A stretch of 63,502 bases of DNA, counting the filler, from Hausera hauseri (taxonomy: Eukaryota): assembly GCA_046269625.1 (NCBI GenBank). It is 11 parts of 11 records of this genome, joined end to end, with 100 filler letters (N's around TTAATTAATTAA, not from the genome) between each part and the next. Parts side by side here need not be neighbours in the genome. Positions count along the whole stretch, not along the records: positions 1 to 4,759 come from JBJURY010447246.1; positions 4,860 to 11,727 come from JBJURY010056663.1; positions 11,828 to 16,098 come from JBJURY010665218.1; 8 more parts are not named here. The stretch is one strand, 5' to 3'. How positions within the stretch are numbered: position 1 is the first letter of the stretch; every line of letters starts with the position of its first letter. The notes below the pieces were generated by a model that saw only the letters and a program-made list of their open reading frames with translations, was not told the DNA's origin and searched no databases. The position numbers were made by a program, and so were the translations under genes. Positions 1 to 12,626 of the stretch are shown here, one piece after another.

Positions 1-1689
1 TTCGCAACCGTTGATATCGGAGGGTTGCTCTCCGGGGGAGCTTCTCCACCATTAAACATGTATCTGTAAACAAACATGCAGATTTTAGCAGACATACTAT
101 CTCCAACGGCACTCATAAAAACTGAAAACCAACAAAAACCCAAAATATTATTCATACAACATTTTGATACCTGAATAAGTCTTATACCACTGGCTTTCAC
201 ATAATAATCACTTGGGACCGTCACAGGGGTCAGCCATGTTCCCTTAGAATCTACTTCGTCACTGTAAGACCCTTTATTAATGCACAATAATCCGAGACTG
301 TTCATTTGTCTTGTTACGGATTCAACATCATATCTTTCAACATCAGGATACTGGCCAGAACCAGCTAATATCACAACTAATTTGTTAAGTGTCAGTATAA
401 CAACAGCTACATTCAGTTCGTATAACCTTCCACGAACATGAAGGCCTTCCAATAAGTTTTGTGCTACTTCACGCCATCCGTTATTTTCTCTATACAGATA
501 GCCAACTATACAATATAAGGATGTCAAATCGAATTCTTTATTGCCTTTATTCGTTCGACTTTGATTTGTAAACTTTTTAACCAGTGTCAATAGACTTTTA
601 AATTGTTTGGGAAATTCCGTATCGTCTCCATCGTGGTTTCCTTTTAATTTATGGAATTCATTTGTTGTTTTGAATGTTTTTTCATCGGTTGGTTTTAATC
701 TTTCTGTGAAATTGTCCAATTCATTTTGCGACCAACAAATCCTTTTTATCAGTTGTCTTGTTTGCGATTTGGATCGTGCGATCTCACCAAAGAGTTGTAG
801 GATCACTTTTCTAGATTGCAAATTCATTATTTGCAAATTAACCAAAGGATCCAAATGTTTGATTTTGAATTTCATAAATTCAATTCTAAATTCAATTATC
901 TTTTCTATAGCATTGAAAAACAATGCATTGGATTATATAGGAAATTTGCTGTTAATTTATTACTTGAATTTTATGAGATATGCCTCATAATGGCTAATCT
1001 CATTTTTGTGGCTAATTTAATCATGTTTTCTTTCTTTTAAAAGCTGCAACATATAAAAACTCTAATTGCGTTATTTTTATACACTTCAAATATTATATCT
1101 ATCTTTTGCTCTTATCCATCCACATTTTTTGCTATTAAAATATCTTCAGCAATATTTTGATGACTTTTATACAAACATAAAAGAGGATTTAATTTCACGA
1201 ATTCGTCTGTTGGGAAATTCATACGATACTTAAACATAATGTAAATAATCTCAATAACTTTCGAATTCAAATTTTTGTTTTCTTATTCATTTATCCTCTT
1301 AGGTATTTCAGTTGCAATTTCATTTCTATTTTTCGTTCTTTTAAGTACGAATGAGATTAGTCGTTCTCCTTGAGTGGATAAAATTTTCGTCGCAATTTCC
1401 AAGTAAATATACAAATATAAACAATAGCCTTCTACGATTGTTCCCGGTTTCCCAGTTCTCAGAATTCCGCTGGAGATCACTCAACTATTATTTTTCACAT
1501 ACATTCAACCATTTCAACTTTGACAACCCTTAATTTTAACAAACATAGTGCACAGCACAATCAACATGAACACACATACATTCATATATACATTATATAT
1601 ATTTCATACATATATACACCCTATAATTTTCCCGTTCACCCTTAGTTAGTCGTTTAATGTCGATCGGATTGCCCAATCAAACAATTAGG

Positions 1690-2110
1690 TTCCGACAATG
1701 CGCGTGAAAATGACTGGTCCGGTAGTGATTCCAAAGGGCATAACATTAAATTCGTATATACCGTCATGTGTCTTAAATGCTATTTTAACGATCTTCGTCT
1801 TCTATCTCTACCTGCCAATATTCATATTGTAAGTCGAGCGTGGTGAACTATTTAGCTCCAAAACGTCTGTCCAAAGTTTCCTTTACCGATGGTAACGGCG
1901 AAAAATCCTTCATCATAAGTGTATTTAATTCTTGATAGTCGATACAAAATCGGTGCTTACTGGTACCTTTTGTCTTAACCATGAGTATAGGTAAATTCCA
2001 AGATCTGTAGCTTGGTCTAATTATGTCCGCCTTTAACATTTGTTCAACATCTTTGGTTATCTCTGGTCTTAATGAGTGTGGAGGAGGATACCATTTCGGC
2101 ATATTTTGAT
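1690..2110 (-). pseudogene. Gypsy reverse transcriptase N-terminal fragment
   Basis: ORF 1848-2102 plus read-through to FTTLDL..YWQV and YEFNVMPFG. Confidence 0.85.
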
Positions 2111-2506
2111 CATTTAAGTCTATTTCGTCGTTAGAAGCAGGCTTCTTTTTAGGCGGAATCGTAAGCCTTAAGGTTTTGGCTCGGCCAATATCTTATTCAT
2201 CTATCGCGATAATCGAACTATAGCGACAAAGTAGTTCGTAAAATCGACAATATGATTCTGGTGAAAATTTAGTCTCAACGTGGGGTGGAAATTCGGCACC
2301 CTTATATGATTTCTCCTCAATAGTGATTGATGATACTCTACACGTGTGTCCCAAAGTGGTATTATCGAACAGTTTAATCGGAGTTGGTGCGTTATTGGCT
2401 ATCCTATTGGCACGCGGCCTGTTGATACTCTTGTCAAAACATTGCTGAGCACGAGGTTTGGATCGAGCAACTCCCTTGGTTCGAAATATATTGGCTAATC
2501 GTCATT

Positions 2507-2947
2507 CTAACGTATCTGAGCATATATAAGAATTTCTATTTCGATTGCTATATTGGGTAATTGTCTCAGTAAGTCATATCCTAACACTATATCATCTGTT
2601 AATTGCTCCATTACTGAGAATTCATGACGAAAAGATTGTCCCATTATGTGAATTACCGGTTTCCATCGGAATTTACTTTTCGAATATTGTCTGAAAGCTC
2701 CAATGCTTCCTGGGTCTGTCGTAGGAGGTGGACATAATTGTTTCCGTAAGAAGTGTGGCATCGAATCATATTTTATCAGTGATATTTCAGATCCCGTATT
2801 TATCAGTACATAAACCTCCCAATCTTCCAATTGAATCTTTGCAAAGGACCTGCCTTTTCTTACTGTACCGTAATAGCTTGGCGCTATCTTAAGTTGTCGA
2901 ATCGTTTGACACTTTGTAGCCGTTGATGGTAACTTCCGTGGTTCCAA
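2507..2947 (-). pseudogene. Retroelement aspartic protease (catalytic D mutated, NTGS)
   Basis: VYVLINTGSEISLI ... HEFSVMEQLTDDIVLGYDLL. Confidence 0.8.
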
Positions 2948-3429
2948 CTGGTTGATCGATTAATTGTCTTAGCTCTCCGATAGGGTAGGGTTCGTTATTC
3001 GTACCATTAGTGTTTTTTACTTCTTGGCTTTTAACTGGCGGCTGAACATCTTGGTTTCGGAGATTGCGTGTCTCACAGATTCTGGTAAATAGTGACTGCG
3101 TTTCATTTGGTCTAGGTAATTTAAGTGAATATATTATACCGTGATCGTCGACTGCTGAGCGACGATGTGGAATAAACGTTCTCTGTGTTTCGTACATCTT
3201 GCGTAATATTCTGTAGCGTTTTGTTCCTTCGTAGAGGTCCTCTATGTTAAATGGCTTCCGATATACGTCTGTCTGACACGAGCTCATAGATTGTTTCTCG
3301 CAATCTTCATATATAGGTGCTGTTGGTGGCAATATTGGTAATGGTAATTTCATAACAGAGTAGTTTTTGTTCCTACCTTGCCTGGTGATGATGTCTCCTC
3401 ACTTAGGCTTCTCTTTATCTGAATTATTT

Positions 3430-4759
3430 CTTTATGTCTTAGCATTTATGAATTTTTGCCTGTAGTCGAATATACCTCTTTTCCGTTTTCGATTATGGTA
3501 GCCAACATATCGTTCTGCATTTGTTTTCCATTTACTCTCTTCATAAGCCTTTAAGAATTGGCCAAAGGGAGTAATAATAGCCGTTAAAATTTTGCATGAA
3601 AATCCTGTCAATGTAAATATCTCGTATCCATTTATGATGGCTTGAATTATAGCTTTTACCAGTTGAATGAAGAAGTATATAGCTAGAAGTCCTGATGCGG
3701 CTTGTCCGAATATCAGGAATCGTCCCCATATTTTGTATAATATTTCAGTGGTTACCTTCTTGTAATAGCCAACACCAAGTTAAGACTCCTATTTTGCTTG
3801 GTAACGCGAGTCCTTTAATACTGTATACATTGCTCTGTTTAATTCACGTGTACGTTGGCAAGGAAAAGCAAGAAATTGTATGAGCGCCTCTACTTCTTTT
3901 GGTCGATAAATAATCTTTGCGGCTGTATCTTGAAATTTGCCATCGGTTATTCCTTTTTTTAGGTTTGTCCCTGTCAATTTGGTAGGTGGTGCGATAATAC
4001 CACCGTTCGTTAGACTTACCCAGTCGGTCTCGCTATGTTTGAACATTGGCTCTCCTAAGCTGGTTTTACAGTCTCTTAAAATCATCGGTTGAGTGGCATT
4101 TGCCAACAACACTCTGGTAATTGGTGTTACTAATCTCGGTATATCCTGGTATATCACTGGGAGTTCTTGTATACACCTCTTCCCTTCCACATTAAACGGA
4201 ACGTCTTTGTTCTTGCACTGATACGTCAATAAGACCTCTCCGGTTACTCACCCAAAAACACCTTCCTTTATCGGAATTATTGGTGATGCCAACTCGGGAT
4301 TTGCGTATATTAGAGCTAGTTTAGTTCTCATGATATCCAAATCAAATTTGCCGTCGTTTGTTATCATGTTGTGGTATAATTTGGCTATTCTGGCTTGTCC
4401 TTTATAGAAGAAGTAGTCGTCTCTGTTCTTCAAGTAATCTTCAATCCGGATATCTCGAGTCTCGAGTTTGAATGTTCTGACGTTTATTTCTGTCTCGGCT
4501 ACGAAAAATGCCTCATAATTGGTGGCATACATTACGACGTCTCATCTGGTGATCATAGCTTTCTTTACAATTTTTAATCCATGAGTATTGGAAATCAGTA
4601 TAGTAGGTGTGGACTGTTTGGCTACATCTTGTCGTGTTTTAGAGTTAGTTTCTGTACCACTTATGTATCGTTTTCCTGTCGTCTCGTTAAATTTAAGTTC
4701 TTTAATTTTCATAAAGTTCAGTAGGGAAAAAATGGGAATTCGGGCACAGACCTTCCGGG
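3430..4759 (-). pseudogene. Chuvirus-like / herpesvirus gB-like class III fusion glycoprotein (env), C-terminal part, with in-frame stops
   Basis: A single frame read through stops gives DVVMYATNYEAFF ... RTKLALIYANPELAS ... GVFG*VTGEVLLTYQC ... RCIQELPVIY ... VTPITRVL ... IYRPKEVEALIQFLAFP ... IWGRFLIFGQAASGLLAIYFFIQLVKAIIQAIINGYEIFTLTGFSCKILTAI. This matches the motif order of chuviral glycoproteins (GEV..C, CY.ELPV, IY....L..FP, membrane-proximal WG.F..FG..SG plus TM). Confidence 0.85.
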
Positions 4760-4859
4760 NNNNNNNNNNNNNNNNNNNNNNNNNNNNNNNNNNNNNNNNN
4801 NNNTTAATTAATTAANNNNNNNNNNNNNNNNNNNNNNNNNNNNNNNNNNNNNNNNNNNN
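4760..4859. other. Artificial contig spacer (44N-TTAATTAATTAA-44N); also at 11728-11827, 16099-16198, 20173-20272, 24590-24689, 31485-31584, 35635-35734, 43002-43101, 50981-51080, 56730-56829
   Basis: The identical 100-bp cassette with stops in all six frames occurs ten times. Confidence 0.99.
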
Positions 4860-6063
4860 GAACCCGACTTATTTAAATAAATTTGTACATTCAAAATAAA
4901 AAAGAATATTTTTTTCAAATTTGAAAATGTCTTATTCTCAAGATGCTCCAAAACCGGCGTACAATATCAAAAATAACGGAGTCGTGGAGTTAGTGCATGA
5001 TAGTCTGATTCACCCGACCTTATTATTATTTTTTTATTTTGTTGTTTTGATATTCAAAATAAACTCGCTTTTTTACTTTGTATCAGTACGACATATTTTT
5101 TACGTTATTACAATTTCCGACATTCCTTCACTTTCGAATGTGTCATGCAGAAAAATCAACCTATACATTTTATTCTTACAATTACGGGAGTCTGGAAACT
5201 ATTGTCGATGGTAAGTTGGAGCTCCCAAACATTCCTGAACGATCGTCCCCGATAAATTCGTATACGATAAATGGTGTCAGATATCTCAGAAATCTCAGCC
5301 ACATTCCTGTGTGCAGCCATTCCGATTTTGTGGATCCAGAAACCGACCGACGATCCAAAGGTTCATTTTCGGCGGGCTGCGCATGACGCGGCCAACATGC
5401 AGATCACAGGTTGGTGAAATTGATTGCATGTATAATACCATCCGGTGACTCCATTTTTTGTAATATAATGAAAAAGCCAGCGATATTAAAGTACATGATA
5501 ATTTGCAATTAGGAAATACCACCAACGAAATTAAATTAATTGAGACAAGTACTGATCAGAATAAAATTATTCCCTTATTTTCAGATGACAATTTAAATAC
5601 GTCAGTTGGACTTTTACAGATCGATCATGAACCAGTTAAAATAAACTCCGCCGATTGTAGAAACGACATAATTAAAAATACAAAAACCAATGACTATTCT
5701 GAAAATTCAATGAAATCAATTTTAATACCAAGTGACGAAATCAAACGCATAAATGAAAACAAAAAACAGAACCAAACCGATCATGATTTTGAATTAAATG
5801 ATTTAACGTGTGTCACATCGCGAAATTCTTATGATATTATTGATACAGATTTAAATTTACTTTATCCAAAATGTAGTAATAATTACAAAATAACAATGAG
5901 TAGTAATTCCTCGCGTAATTTGTATGTTTATGAATTATATAGTAGTCCGTTTCAAATATTCAATGAAAACGTGTAAAATATTTTTCATGAGTGTGTAAAT
6001 CAGAACGATGTAGATAATGATTACAAGGTACCACCCAATACAGCAACGAGAAATACTACCTCT

Positions 6064-7218
6064 ATGGATCGCTTCGATAATGTCGTAAAACAGAGTAATT
6101 TGCCCATAGATTCTGATCACCACCAAACTGGAAAACGCAATGACACAAATGGTTATTTATTTGTAACCGTACCATCCGATATTTGTGTTGCTTCAAAACA
6201 CTTTAAAAGAGATTTTACATCGGATAATAATGTAACAATTTCTGACAGTGAATTATTAGACAAACTGGAATTTCATGAAACGCATGCGAACCCATTTCTC
6301 ATATTAAATCCAATATTATGTATGTCGATTAAAAACATCAATAAACAAACAAATAATACTCCATATCAAATTGAAGAAGAGCTGATCGATAAAATTATGC
6401 ATAAAAAACATCGTCAAAACTCTTCAGGACAATTATTGGTTGATACGAACACCACTCTGAATCGCAATTTGGCAATCATTTGTGATTTGGATATTCCATC
6501 CGATGCCCATTCTTATACTCGTACGATTATACCCGATGATTTTTACGATTTCATATCAAACCATGAGATGACAACGAGCCATACCGTTGACTCATTCTAC
6601 GTATCGGGACTTTCCAACGAGAAACAAACACTTTCCGAAGATGAGACCAGTTTGGTTGCCGATGACTACTGTAACACGTTACCAAATTCCATATTTCGAA
6701 AAATATCACCGTCACCAGCACCGACGCATTCACGACCGAATACTTATTTTTCATTACCTATACTGCCACAATCCGGAATGAAACGATTATCGAATTTGGA
6801 TGGAGTTTACGATCTGTTAAAAAAGACGGATTCGGAATCGGAGAAAATTCAAAAAGACGCCTTTATGATTATTGATAATGACGATCTCTATTCGGATTCA
6901 GTGGCACCGTTTGAAGCGGAAAACCATTTACGAATTGGCGATAGTTGTGACGATATTCCTTTTATTGATGATAATGCATGTTATACCAATTCTTTCTACG
7001 GTTATTCGAATTATAAGGTGTGGTTAATTAAACATCCACGACTGTCTAAACTTATTGACATATACGGAGCACATGAACAGTCTGCGATGAACACTAACCA
7101 TCAGGAATCGGTTGTGGCGCCTACTCTTTCGGCTATGAGGCTTAAACATCATTTGGTCGGAAACCTTGGCGAGTCCGTGATCCGTGCGCCACAACATGCC
7201 TCTGGCATCACTCTTTAA
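6064..7218 (+). CDS. 384-aa low-complexity ORF of unknown function, in frame with the downstream Ubl-Gag
   Basis: Open 1.15-kb frame. Its stop (7216-7218) falls within a segment that aligns with the open Gag leader of the copy at 17717 (HASGITL*PLSFFVFKNNTHI vs HSPGIVSLQLSFLIFNNNQHI). Confidence 0.4.
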   Translation: MDRFDNVVKQSNLPIDSDHHQTGKRNDTNGYLFVTVPSDICVASKHFKRDFTSDNNVTISDSELLDKLEFHETHANPFLILNPILCMSIKNINKQTNNTPYQIEEELIDKIMHKKHRQNSSGQLLVDTNTTLNRNLAIICDLDIPSDAHSYTRTIIPDDFYDFISNHEMTTSHTVDSFYVSGLSNEKQTLSEDETSLVADDYCNTLPNSIFRKISPSPAPTHSRPNTYFSLPILPQSGMKRLSNLDGVYDLLKKTDSESEKIQKDAFMIIDNDDLYSDSVAPFEAENHLRIGDSCDDIPFIDDNACYTNSFYGYSNYKVWLIKHPRLSKLIDIYGAHEQSAMNTNHQESVVAPTLSAMRLKHHLVGNLGESVIRAPQHASGITL

Positions 7219-10200
7219 CCCCTTTCTTTTTTTGTTTTTAAAAATAACACACATATTTCTACTATACACACTAGTAACACGGACATTGCTTACGCCCTCT
7301 ATATGTCTCTATCCTCTTTCCTACATACTTCTGGCTTTTATTTGACGCACCATGGTTCTGTGCTACACCCGTCTGACTCACTTTCTTCCTTCACTTCTCC
7401 GATCATTCATCTCACCCTTCACTTCCACCTTTGAGGCGGTTCGGACCCTGATCCTTCTACTAAAAATTCCTCCAAAACAAGATCTGGTCGTCGCCCTGCT
7501 GACTCTGAACAATCTGTTTTTCCTAATCTTCCTTGAACAGAGTTCTTCCTCGATAAAACTAATTTAAATCGCACTTGGCTACAATTTCATTTACACTGGC
7601 TTAAAGCAAATCAAATTACCCATTCTTTCTTGCGCGCCAACAGCCTGTTACTTATTCTTCCAGCACATATCAAGCATCAAATCAATGATAGTACTGATAT
7701 CTTTACTTCGCCAAAACCACATGACATGCTTTATAAGTCTGTTCTTCATATTACCAATCCATCGATTGATAATATAATACAAAAGTACTTTAACAAACAT
7801 GCTATAGGCAGTCAAAAGCTTTCTGACTTTCTGCAGACCTCTATTTTACACCTAAGTGCTCTTGGCGTTACTCCCACCAACATATCGGACTTGATTCGTC
7901 ATTATTTTCTCTCCTCTTTACCCACTTCCATCAGAGCTCTCCTTACTGTCGTTGACGACTCGACTGCGACTGAAAAACTTGCCCTATTGGATGATAAAAG
8001 TTTCGAAATCATGGAAACTAACAACTCACAACCCGTAGCTGCAGCAACCACGCATACCTCGTCTCACGTAGACACGACTGCTTTCGCACAGCAACTACAA
8101 TTAATGCAGCAACAATACGATATTTTGCAGCATTCATTTTCCGCCATCACAGCCCAATTAAGTAATCTGTCTATGTCTCGGCGAGGTGAGACTCGTGCAT
8201 CGCGTGAGCGTAGCCTCTCTAGGCACTCATTTTGTTCTAAATTTCCTGGCGGTAGAATGATTTTTTTTATCACAAAAAATTTAGTAGAAACGCAGAAAAA
8301 TGTCTTTTAAGCTGTATATTTTATGACGAGCGTTTTGCGGTGGACAGCCCTAAATGTATTTATCACACAAAATTCCTCTCTCTAGCCAGATCGTGTATTC
8401 CGGGATGTAAATATTACAAAAACAACTTCAATTTTTTTTAGTATTCTTTTCCTCCTCCTTCTTCTTATCAGTCATCTTCTTTTCCTCCACAATCTTCAAA
8501 AAAACTAAAAAGGACTCCAGATGTTACGGCACATTCTGGCATAGGCAATACTGCTCAGTCTTCTGGCCGTCTTAACACCGCCTCCGCAGTTTTTCTGTTA
8601 AAAGCTACACTGTTCTCTAGCAATGCTCAACATATCAATTTTCTCATCGATTCAGGAGCTGCCTTTTCACTCCTCAATTTGTCGTTCGTCCCTACATAAA
8701 CGGTAGTTTCTACTCCTCCGCTTTTCACCGCCAGCGGTCAATTTTTGGAAATAGCATGTATCACGGAACTGGTTTTTACATTTTCAAACTTACCAGGCAA
8801 GTTTGTCTGGAAATTCCACATGGCCAATATTAAATCGCTATTAATGGGCTCGGATTTTTTGGCCGCACACGACCTGCTAGTTGACTGCAAGTATGGCTGT
8901 TTGCTACGTAAAGACTCCGTCGTGAGGGTTAGCAATTGTCTAACAGACAACTCAACAGGCCAATCGTCTGCGAAGTCACATGTGAATTAGGCAAATTGCT
9001 CGTCGGTTGATAACGATACATCTAGTAGTTTATCTATTTTCTCGATTAAACCTCAAATATCAAAGTCAATTTTAAAACAATCGGTTAAACCGAATGTTGA
9101 CGGCGGCGATGTCGTTCGTTCTTCGCCAATCCTCTGATTATCACTAGATTCCAATCTCAAATCCTGCATCATTTCTTCTTGTTCTCGCATACTCAAAAAG
9201 GACTATAGTTTTAAGCCCTTTTAACAACTTATCAACACATTGTCACCCAACTTCAAAGATATATCAGACAAAAGGTAAGATTATTATCGCCTCGTAAACG
9301 AAAAGCCGTAGAATTAGAGTTTAACGAACTCAAAAAATCTGGTATCATTCGGAGGTCCAAATCAACATGGGCTTCACCATTACATTTAGTAACAAAAAAG
9401 AACTGTACTTCTCGACCATGTGACGACTACCGTCTAGTAAACAATTTAACCATCATGAATGCTTACCCATTGCCGCTCATAAAAGACATCCTGCACAGTC
9501 TTAACAACACATATACCTATTCCATAATAGATCTATACAAAGCCTACCATCAAATTCTCGTTGCACCCGATGACATTCAAAGTCTGCTGTCATCACTCTA
9601 TTTGGCCTTTGCGAACACATGTTTATGCCATTCGGTTTACGTAACGCAGCCCAAACTTTTCAACGCCACATCGACACAGTTCTCTTAGGACTTGATTTTG
9701 CTTATCTGTACATCGATGACATATTAGTTGCCTCCAAATCCGTGAAACAACACCATGAACATCTCTGAATTATTTTTCACAGACTACATCATAACAACTT
9801 ACAAGTTAATTTCTCCAAGTGCAACTTCTTTCAGAAACGTGTCAATTTCTTAGGCCACATCATCACTCCTCACGGCCACTCTCCACAACCTGATCGACTA
9901 CAGCAATTGAAAAATGTAATACTACCAACGACCACTACAGATATGAGAAGTTTTCTTGGCACACTACATTTTGTCCATAAATACATACCGCATTGATCTG
10001 AGCTTACAGCACCTTTTACACACCTCTCATCTGGAAGGAAAAGACAGTTAATCCAATGGACTCCCGATTCAGTCACCAAATTCGATCACTTAAGTGAAGG
10101 CCCAAAAACCGTCGAAATACTGGCATATCCAAAACCCGACGCGGAGCTAATACTTACCACCGACGCCTCTGCCACAGCTACTGGTGCAATACTACACCAA

Positions 10201-11727
10201 ATTTCCAACGGCGTCGAGGAACCTTTGGAATTTTACTCTCGAAAACTCACACAACCAGAAAGCTGATATTCTACATTTGATCGTGAGCTACTAACCATAG
10301 TTCTGGCAGTAAAACATTTCAAGCATTTCCTCCTCTCCCGTCCATTTATCATCCAAACGCATCACAAGCCTCTACTGCACATCATGTCACTAAAATAGCC
10401 ATCACCGAGGCAGGAACGACAAATATGGTATCTGTCTACATTTAGTTTTGTCATAAAGTATATTTCAGGTACTGAGAATTTGGTCGCGGATTTCCTGTCA
10501 CGGTCGATCGGCTAAATTACGGTTAAATCAATATTTTCTACCGAAATTCTAAAGCTCAGTCAGCCGTCTGCCGATATTCTTAGCTCTTTCAAATCCTTCG
10601 AAATCATTAATGGCATTGCATACGACACATCTAACCAAGGTAATAAAAAAATCATTCTCGCTCCTTCTTTGCAGAAACCAGCTTTTCTTCACACGCATTC
10701 ACTTCATCATCCAGGCTCGAAAGCCACATTTCGCTTGCTCCAACGTCATATAGTTTGGCCATCAATGCGCACAGATGTACAGATTTGGGTTAAGGAATGC
10801 GTCGTCTGTCAAAAATACAAAGTCAACAAACATCTTAAACCGCCGCTTTATTATTTTCCATGTACATCACGTTTTCATACCGTCCATCTTAATCTCGTTG
10901 GACCCTTACCTTCTGATAACGGGTATCAACATATTCTCACTATGATGGATCGTACTTCTCGCTGGCCTGAAGCCGTTCCTTTCCGTTCAACAAACACTGA
11001 TTCAGTAGCAGATGCTTTTATTAAAATCTGGATCAGTCGTTTTGGACCCCCACGGCACATCATAACGGACCCAGGACCGCAGTTCGAATCGAAACTTTTT
11101 AAATCGCTTGTTAAACGCTTGGGGATATCACATTTCCATACAACATCGTACCATCCACAAGCAAATGGCCTTCTTGAAACGTTCCATCAAACTATGAAAA
11201 TTTCTTTAAAAATCTTAGAAGACAATCATCGCAATTGGATGTCCATCCTACCATTTGTTCTACTCGGCTGGCGCAACACTCCGTCTACCACCATTAGTTA
11301 TGCTCCAGCCGAGGCACTTTTTGGGACTCCAATACGGGCTCTGTTCGAACTTTCCAACCTTGACGATAATCCGACAGAGGAAAACATTTGCGCGGCACAG
11401 TCTCACTTTGTTGAGGTCAGGTCAGATTCGTTCTGTCGCCTATTTAACAATAACAACTCGTACATTCCGAAGGATTTATACTCAGCCACATTTGTGTGGC
11501 TGAAGGATCAATCACCTTCGGGTTTTCGACCTCAGTATGTTGGCCCATACAAACTGCTTCATCTCTCATCTTATACAGCTACCATCTTACGCCAAGACAA
11601 ACCCTACAACGTCCACATTTCGAATTTTAAGCCCGCTTTCTTCGTTGATTACAATCCGGATGCCGATTCTACTTCCAACCCTAACTCAACTCCCACTCCT
11701 TCCATTCCTTCCTCAAACTTTCTCCAC
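7219..11727 (+). mobile_element. CsRN1-like Ty3/gypsy element, copy A (Ubl-gag, PR, RT, RH, IN), decayed
   Basis: Gag with CHCC knuckles; protease FLIDSGAAFSLL; RT WASPLHLV and YIDDILVAS; RH LTTDAS and HHKPL; integrase ORF 10669-11727 with GPQFES, YHPQANG and GPY; many stops and frameshifts. Confidence 0.93.
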
Positions 11728-12626
11728 NNNNNNNNNNNNNNNNNNNNNNNNNNNNNNNNNNNNNNNNNNNNTTAATTAATTAANNNNNNNNNNNNNNNNN
11801 NNNNNNNNNNNNNNNNNNNNNNNNNNNTGACAGGATCAAGCTCCCTCCGGGGTTGCCGAATCGGTCGGTCACATGATGTGACGAGAAAGTGTGATGTTTT
11901 CACCTCTTTCTGTGTTGGTTGTGCTGAGTGTTTCAACAGGTTAGGGTATTGCGCTTGCAGCAATGGAGTGATGTCACTGGGATTTGTAATTTTGATATCC
12001 GTGACAGCGTTTATGGTTAGAGTGAATGCGGGTGGAGGTAGTGGATTGCTCACCGCTGGTTAGTTGTTGATTTCGGCAATCAACTGTGAGATCGTAGTGA
12101 TCTAGGTCGTCAGAACCAAGGATTGGTTGCATGACATCGGCCAATATGAATGACTAAGCATATGGTCGGCCTTGTATGTGAAATTGTAGGTATAGTGTAT
12201 CTGTGGTTTCTATGCGCGTGCCATTGGCAGCTTTGAGTGATGCATGCAAGACCAGCGTAGGTCTAGCGTATGCGCTAGGTATCAGCGATAGAGCTACACC
12301 TGTGTCGATTAAAAAATCTAGCTGTTTCGAAATGTCGGAGTGTAGTGGCTCCTCCTCGAGGGTGAAAATAGCACGACAATGCGTTTGCTATTTGCATACG
12401 GCAGTTGTGGTGATTGGGTTTCCAGTCGACGTGCCGTTGGTCAACTGGGCCATTTAGTTTTTGATGGCTTGTGAAATTTGCAGCCGGGTCGACAGACTTT
12501 TGCGTCTGGATCGAAATGGTTGTGATAAATGCAAGTGTCTTGCATTTTTATGTTTGCCGATGGCTTGTTGAATTGACAACCATGGTAACATTTGTAGGCG
12601 GATTCGCCAAATCGAGTGTGGAAATG

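Larger units (their letters stand above)
1690..4759 (-). mobile_element. Decayed Ty3/gypsy LTR retrotransposon fragment, order glycoprotein - linker - protease - RT
   Basis: Minus-strand translation gives a class III glycoprotein, then an aspartic protease (VLINTGSEISLI), then a gypsy RT N-terminus (IIRPSYRSWNLPILMV, HRFCIDYQELN, YEFNVMPFG). It is cut by the contig end at 4759 and stops before YxDD. Confidence 0.85.

Noticed and set aside
1-1560. Decayed minus-strand coding-like sequence
   Set aside because: No motif recognised; cannot be assigned to the adjacent element or a host gene.
4760-4859. Regularly repeated TTAATTAATTAA flanked by Ns, superficially like a repeat array
   Set aside because: Assembly spacer; ORFs ending in X runs or LIN are artefacts, and cross-spacer synteny is meaningless.
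6949-6966. DDIPF, like a bacterial SSB tail
   Set aside because: Internal, in a eukaryotic low-complexity ORF; likely chance.
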